A stretch of DNA of 64,000 nt from an uncultured Gammaproteobacteria bacterium (GTDB lineage: Bacteria > Patescibacteriota > Microgenomatia > 2-02-FULL-39-11). The notes under the pieces were generated by a model, which saw only the letters and a list, made by a program, of their open reading frames with translations, did not search any database and was not told the DNA's origin. Below, piece after piece: positions 59,518-64,000 of this stretch (position 1 is its first letter; each line of letters opens with the position of its first letter). A program made the translations under genes and the position numbers. The stretch covers positions 37,837 through 101,836 of the forward strand of contig CAYUNW010000001.1 in the NCBI GenBank assembly GCA_964446235.1. The letters are read 5' to 3'.

Positions 59518-60531
59518 TTATTCAAATACCAATTGACCTTCTGTTAAACCTTCTGTGATTTCAATATAGTTATCAGTTTCCATACCAGTTTGTACAAACC
59601 TCTTTTCTTCTTTCCCGTTTTCCTTTAATATTACGTATTTTTTATCCCCTGATGATTTTACATATTTTATTGGCAGATATAACACGTCGTTTTTAATTTT
59701 TGTCACAAAAGACAAATCCCCAGCCATGCCAATTCGATATTTATAACCCGTATTTTCAGAATTAAATATAAATTTCACTTCGTAAACAGTACCTGTCTCA
59801 TCAATTTTAGGGGTAAAAGAAATATTCTTAATATTTCCTGATAACGTTTCATCAGGATAAGAATCCAAAGTTAAATTGCCAGCCATATTTTCTAAAAGAG
59901 ATGTAACTTCCGTTTGATCTGCAAGAGCAGAAAAGTAAATACTTTTGGGATTAATCACCTCGTATTCAGAATTTAAAGTTGTTACATTAACTCCAGGATG
60001 TTGATGAGTAGCTTTGGTAACTATACCTTCTATCGGAGTCCAAAGATTTGCATATTTAATCGCTAAATCTTTTATTTCTACATCTATTACGGAATTTTCC
60101 AGATCAAATTGGGCTTTTTCAATTATCCTTTTAAATTCATCTGACAATACTTTTCCTTCATAATTATCATTTGTCTGTTCAAAATCCCATCTTTCAGACA
60201 TATAAAGGTTTAAGTATTTTTTTAGATTTTTTTCAAGTTCACGTTTATCAAGTGATGCTATAGTTTGGTATTTGTCAACATAATCACCTTCTTTTACCCC
60301 AACCCAAGAAAGCATTCCGGAAGTCTGAAAACGCAAAATTACCGATTCTTCTGCCTGAATATTTCCTGATATTGTCAATTCCTCCTGCAATGTTCCTTTA
60401 TTTACTTGAGCCGCTTTAATTTCACTATTTTTTCCAGCCTTAAAAAATTTCTGATATCCAAAATATCCTATTAAAGCAAATACCATTAATATTAAAACGG
60501 TTTTATATTTTTTCTTTATAAATGCCAACAT
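59518..60531 (-). CDS. MacA-like membrane fusion (periplasmic adaptor) protein
   Basis: N-terminal TM, VKEGDYV lipoyl half, TPIEGIV, EITEGLTEG. Confidence 0.9.
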   Translation of the reverse strand: MLAFIKKKYKTVLILMVFALIGYFGYQKFFKAGKNSEIKAAQVNKGTLQEELTISGNIQAEESVILRFQTSGMLSWVGVKEGDYVDKYQTIASLDKRELEKNLKKYLNLYMSERWDFEQTNDNYEGKVLSDEFKRIIEKAQFDLENSVIDVEIKDLAIKYANLWTPIEGIVTKATHQHPGVNVTTLNSEYEVINPKSIYFSALADQTEVTSLLENMAGNLTLDSYPDETLSGNIKNISFTPKIDETGTVYEVKFIFNSENTGYKYRIGMAGDLSFVTKIKNDVLYLPIKYVKSSGDKKYVILKENGKEEKRFVQTGMETDNYIEITEGLTEGQLVFE

Positions 60532-60616
60532 AAGATTAATATATCCCTTAATCTATCACTTTTTGACCTTTTTTGGAATAAGCCTTTAAATTTTGAATTA
60601 TATTGATTTTAAATGA

Positions 60617-61537
60617 TCATCTAATAAAAATTGTCACGATAATCGGAATATATATTAAAGCTAGAAAAGTACTAATCAAAACTGCTAAAGCTGCCTTTTC
60701 CGGATGCGCTTTCAACAAAGATGCATAGACAACGGTATTGGCGGCTATAGGAACTACAGCTGTTAGTATCATGTAATTATAAATTTTTGGTTGATAGATA
60801 TTAAAGTAATTTTTGTCCAATAAAATTAATATGAAAATAACAACCGGCCAAAATAAAAATTTTATAATTAATGTTGAAAATAAAAACTTAATATCTAATC
60901 CAAATTTTTTAATCGTTGAGATTCCTACTCCGATAATTAACATACCTAATACTGTATAAGCGCCTTGGAAATATCTTATTGTATCTTGATATATATAACC
61001 TAATTTGATACCAAGAAGATTAAATATGAGCCCAAATCCGAATGCATAAATTAATGGTAATTTTATAAGCTTATTAATACTCTCTTTGACTGAATGACTA
61101 CCTCTAGCTGTCAGATAAAAACCAACTGTACTCTCATATAAAACAAAACCTAATACAATCATAGCCATAATACTAATCGCTTCTACACCAAATATCGCAG
61201 TTGCTACTGGAATTCCAAAATAACCTGTATTTCCGGAACCGGAGGCAAATGCCAATATATTTCTAGTAGAATCATGCCAGATATTTTTAGCTATTTTATA
61301 TATAAATATTGCAATAGATGAACATAAAATATAAAAAAACACCGGTAAGGAAAGATAGGAAAATTCCAATTGAGTAGTAAAAGCCCCGTGAAAAATAATT
61401 ATTGGAGCAATAATATAAATCAGCAATAATGCCAATGTATCTTTTTTAATTTTCAAAAATCTTCCGCTGATAATACCAAAAAAAATTATTACATATAACG
61501 GAATTATTTTAAAAAACAAATCTATAAAAACAGTCAT
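60617..61537 (-). CDS. AEC (auxin efflux carrier / malate permease) family transporter
   Basis: GNTGYFGIPV, P-x-x-YA, PIAAN, about 10 TMs; start moved to 61537. Confidence 0.88.
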   Translation of the reverse strand: MTVFIDLFFKIIPLYVIIFFGIISGRFLKIKKDTLALLLIYIIAPIIIFHGAFTTQLEFSYLSLPVFFYILCSSIAIFIYKIAKNIWHDSTRNILAFASGSGNTGYFGIPVATAIFGVEAISIMAMIVLGFVLYESTVGFYLTARGSHSVKESINKLIKLPLIYAFGFGLIFNLLGIKLGYIYQDTIRYFQGAYTVLGMLIIGVGISTIKKFGLDIKFLFSTLIIKFLFWPVVIFILILLDKNYFNIYQPKIYNYMILTAVVPIAANTVVYASLLKAHPEKAALAVLISTFLALIYIPIIVTIFIR

Positions 61538-61542
61538 CAATT

Positions 61543-62463
61543 TTATATTTTTGTCAACCAATAGTTATACTTTTTCAATCCCCCTCTTGTAATAGAAAAA
61601 TATAATTTCTGAATTTTTGAGGTAACCGGTCCTATTTTTCCATGTCCTAAAATTCTACCGTCGATCTCACTAATCCAGGAAATTTGCACTCCTGTTCCTG
61701 ATAAAAAAGCTTCATCTGCAATATAACATTCTGATTTATCTATCGGTCTTTGTAATGTTTTAATTCCCAAATCATCGGCTAACTTCAAAATCGTATTTCT
61801 GGTTATACCCTCTAAAATATCCTCACTCATAGAACTGGTAATTAATTTATTGTTTCTTACTAGGAAAAAATTAGCCGCACTACCTTCTGCTATATGCCCG
61901 TTGGTATTTAACATCAAGGCGTCATCACAACCTATTCTCACTGCATCTGCTTTTGCTAAAGATGAATTAATATATCCTCCGGCGATTTTGGCTCTGGGGG
62001 GTATCATATTGTCTGATATTCTTATCCAATTGGAAACACAAACTTTGAGTCCTTTATTTACTGATAAATAATCACCCAATGGAAGCATATATAATCCGAA
62101 TTCAAATTCAAGTTTTGAAAGATCTGGTGAAATTTCCATATTTGACGCATATGCAAACGGTCTAATATAAAAATCCCTGTCCGGCTTGTTTTGTTTGATT
62201 AATTCTAAAGTAATTTCACATAACTTATCGGCTTCATACCGTATAGACTTATTTATTATTGCTAAGGATTTGGAAAGTCTAAGGTAGTGATCTTTTAAAC
62301 GAAAAATATATAACGTTTTTCCATTTTTTTCCTTATATCCTCTGATTCCCCCGAATATAGCATTTCCATATTGCAATGCGTTGGTAGCAATGCTTAATTT
62401 TGCATTTTCCATTGGTACTATTTTTCCTTCAAAAAAAGCGTATGGATAAAATATATCATTCAT
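61543..62463 (-). CDS. ilvE: branched-chain amino acid aminotransferase
   Basis: LQYGNAIFGGIR, YIRP, AKIAGGY (PLP Lys), EGSAANFF, ILEGITR, EAFLSGTG. Confidence 0.92.
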   Translation of the reverse strand: MNDIFYPYAFFEGKIVPMENAKLSIATNALQYGNAIFGGIRGYKEKNGKTLYIFRLKDHYLRLSKSLAIINKSIRYEADKLCEITLELIKQNKPDRDFYIRPFAYASNMEISPDLSKLEFEFGLYMLPLGDYLSVNKGLKVCVSNWIRISDNMIPPRAKIAGGYINSSLAKADAVRIGCDDALMLNTNGHIAEGSAANFFLVRNNKLITSSMSEDILEGITRNTILKLADDLGIKTLQRPIDKSECYIADEAFLSGTGVQISWISEIDGRILGHGKIGPVTSKIQKLYFSITRGGLKKYNYWLTKI

Positions 62464-62487
62464 ATTTGTAAATTAATTTCTATAAAA

Positions 62488-62874
62488 TTAACTTTTAATT
62501 ACGGCTATACATTCTATTTCAACCAGTGCACCTTTAGGTAGAGCAGACACTTCAATAGTAGCTCTTGCCGGATAAGGTTTTTGGAAAAATTCCGCGTAGA
62601 CCTCATTCATCTTTACAAATTCGGACATATTCAATAAATAAACAGTGGTCTTTATTATATCTTCAATTCCGACTCCTGCCTCTTTTAAAACTTGTTGAAG
62701 ATTTTTCATAACTTGTTTTGTTTGCTCTTCAACAGTATTACCGACGAAATCTCCCGTTTTTGGATTAACCCCTATCTGTCCTGAACAAAAAACAAAACTA
62801 TCTGTAATAATCGCTTGTGAATATGGACCAACCACAGCTGGTGCGTTTTTTGAAAATACTTCTTTTTTGGACAT
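62488..62874 (-). CDS. ridA: RidA enamine/imine deaminase
   Basis: APAVVGPYSQA, SGQI, NEVY, PARAT, LPKGALVEIE; start moved to 62874 after GGAGGT. Confidence 0.93.
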   Translation of the reverse strand: MSKKEVFSKNAPAVVGPYSQAIITDSFVFCSGQIGVNPKTGDFVGNTVEEQTKQVMKNLQQVLKEAGVGIEDIIKTTVYLLNMSEFVKMNEVYAEFFQKPYPARATIEVSALPKGALVEIECIAVIKS

Positions 62875-62878
62875 AAAT

Positions 62879-64000
62879 TTAACCTCCATTTTTTAACCTT
62901 TTATAAACTAATTCATTATATCCTTTTTCATATGCCTCAATAGAAGCAACAATAATATCAGGTGATGTTCCTTTCTCAAAAACCTGATTACCCTTATCAT
63001 CCCTTAAACTCATCATCACTTCCACAGTAGCATCCGAACCTGTGGTCGGAATTTCTACTTGGAAATCCGTCAGCTTGAAGTCAAAATCATTTACTTTTTT
63101 GATGACTTTGACTATTGCATTTATAGCCGCGTCAACCGGCCCGACGCCCGTGCTTTCATCTTGAAATATCTTACCTTCAAGTCTAATTTTTACAAAAGCA
63201 CTAGATTTTTCTTTTTTGAAAGTTTCTATATGATAATCCAAAACTTCCAAAGATTTCGGCCTTTTCTCATCCTGCAAAACAGTTTCAATGATAGATTGTA
63301 AATCAGCTTTGGCAATTTTTTTACCTTTTGCACTGATGAATTTATCTGCCACTTTCTTAACTGTTTTTAAGGTATCAATTGGAATTTCCAGTTTAAATTC
63401 CTTTTTGATGATTTTTTTCAAAATATCATCTGATGGGACTTTGGAAAAAATTATCCGTTCTTTCTCTCCTACGCTTCCGGCGCGCAAGGATAATACACCA
63501 CTCTTAATTATTCTTACCGCTTCGGAAAGAATCGGCTCAATGGTAGGAGGTTCGGCTAAAATCTTAAGAGTAGTTGAAGGGTCTTTCAATCCGGCTCCAG
63601 TAGCCACGCACACTATAGTATGATCGGCTTTAATAATTTTCTTACCAATCAATTTTCTTAAAGCAGCGATGCAAGTAGCTGATGAAGCTTCTACATATAA
63701 CGATTCAAGTTTTGCTAAATCCTGCTGTGCACTCAACGTTTCATCATCGTTTACGGCTATAGCCAAACCTTTTGATAGTTTAAGAGCAGAAAAAACTTTT
63801 GGTGCATCAATCGGATTTCCAACAGATATTGCACTGCATATAGTATCAGGTTTTGTAACAGGAACCAGTTTTTTGCCGCTATCATAAGCAGTGACTATCG
63901 GTGAGGCTCCATAAGACTGGACTGCAACCATCCGAGGAATTTTTTTTATTAATCCAAATTCAAAATATTCTTTAAAACCTTTATAAATATAAGATAAATT
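62879..64000 (-). CDS. thrC: threonine synthase-like PLP enzyme fused to a C-terminal LeuA-type allosteric domain (5' end outside the window)
   Basis: Frame stays open to the window edge (NLSYIYKGFKE...IPRMVAVQ); TICSAISVGNP, EASSA, VCVATGAGLKDP; C-terminal GVGPVDA...DA.VEV...DIIVAS..AY is typical of the IPMS regulatory domain. Confidence 0.8.
   Translation of the reverse strand, partial: NLSYIYKGFKEYFEFGLIKKIPRMVAVQSYGASPIVTAYDSGKKLVPVTKPDTICSAISVGNPIDAPKVFSALKLSKGLAIAVNDDETLSAQQDLAKLESLYVEASSATCIAALRKLIGKKIIKADHTIVCVATGAGLKDPSTTLKILAEPPTIEPILSEAVRIIKSGVLSLRAGSVGEKERIIFSKVPSDDILKKIIKKEFKLEIPIDTLKTVKKVADKFISAKGKKIAKADLQSIIETVLQDEKRPKSLEVLDYHIETFKKEKSSAFVKIRLEGKIFQDESTGVGPVDAAINAIVKVIKKVNDFDFKLTDFQVEIPTTGSDATVEVMMSLRDDKGNQVFEKGTSPDIIVASIEAYEKGYNELVYKRLKNGG

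Noticed and set aside
1-64000. CRISPR array, prophage, IS element, or stop-codon reassignment (code 25)
   Set aside because: No repeat-spacer arrays, integrase, transposase or phage structural genes were seen; conserved genes are full length under code 11 and several end in TGA.

Overview
AT-rich, gene-dense chromosomal segment of a bacterium using standard genetic code 11 (TGA is used as a stop). Gene content and style (short GAD-less AspRS, conserved hypothetical proteins, DUF3048/DUF4446, few Shared SD motifs) suggest a Patescibacteria/CPR genome, probably Microgenomates; this is inference. Contents from left to right: thyA-folA; a LexA-like / small beta protein / Y-family polymerase mutagenesis cassette divergent from an SRAP gene, with a perfect palindromic operator; two tandem double-domain GH130 glycoside phosphorylase-like genes; lon with a CIRCE element; an Rrf2-sufCBD-Rieske-sufS-sufU-ferredoxin-2-oxoacid:ferredoxin oxidoreductase run; a LOG/HAD/IDI-like/EamA operon; a Trm9/ALKBH8-like methyltransferase head-to-head with Elp3 and a TruB-like gene; a RecD/Dda-like helicase; tRNA-Gln(CUG); a class II photolyase; era, rdgB, gltX, aspS, recJ, cca, secDF; an unlisted 46-aa Zn-ribbon protein; a MacAB-type ABC exporter; ilvE-ridA; and a threonine-synthase-like protein fused to a LeuA-type regulatory domain, cut by the window edge. 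No CRISPR array, rRNA, integrase or transposase was seen. The best candidate for an undescribed system is the Elp3 + Trm9-like pair, a possible bacterial eukaryote/archaea-type mcm5U34 tRNA wobble pathway. All family assignments come from motif recognition by eye; no database searches were run.
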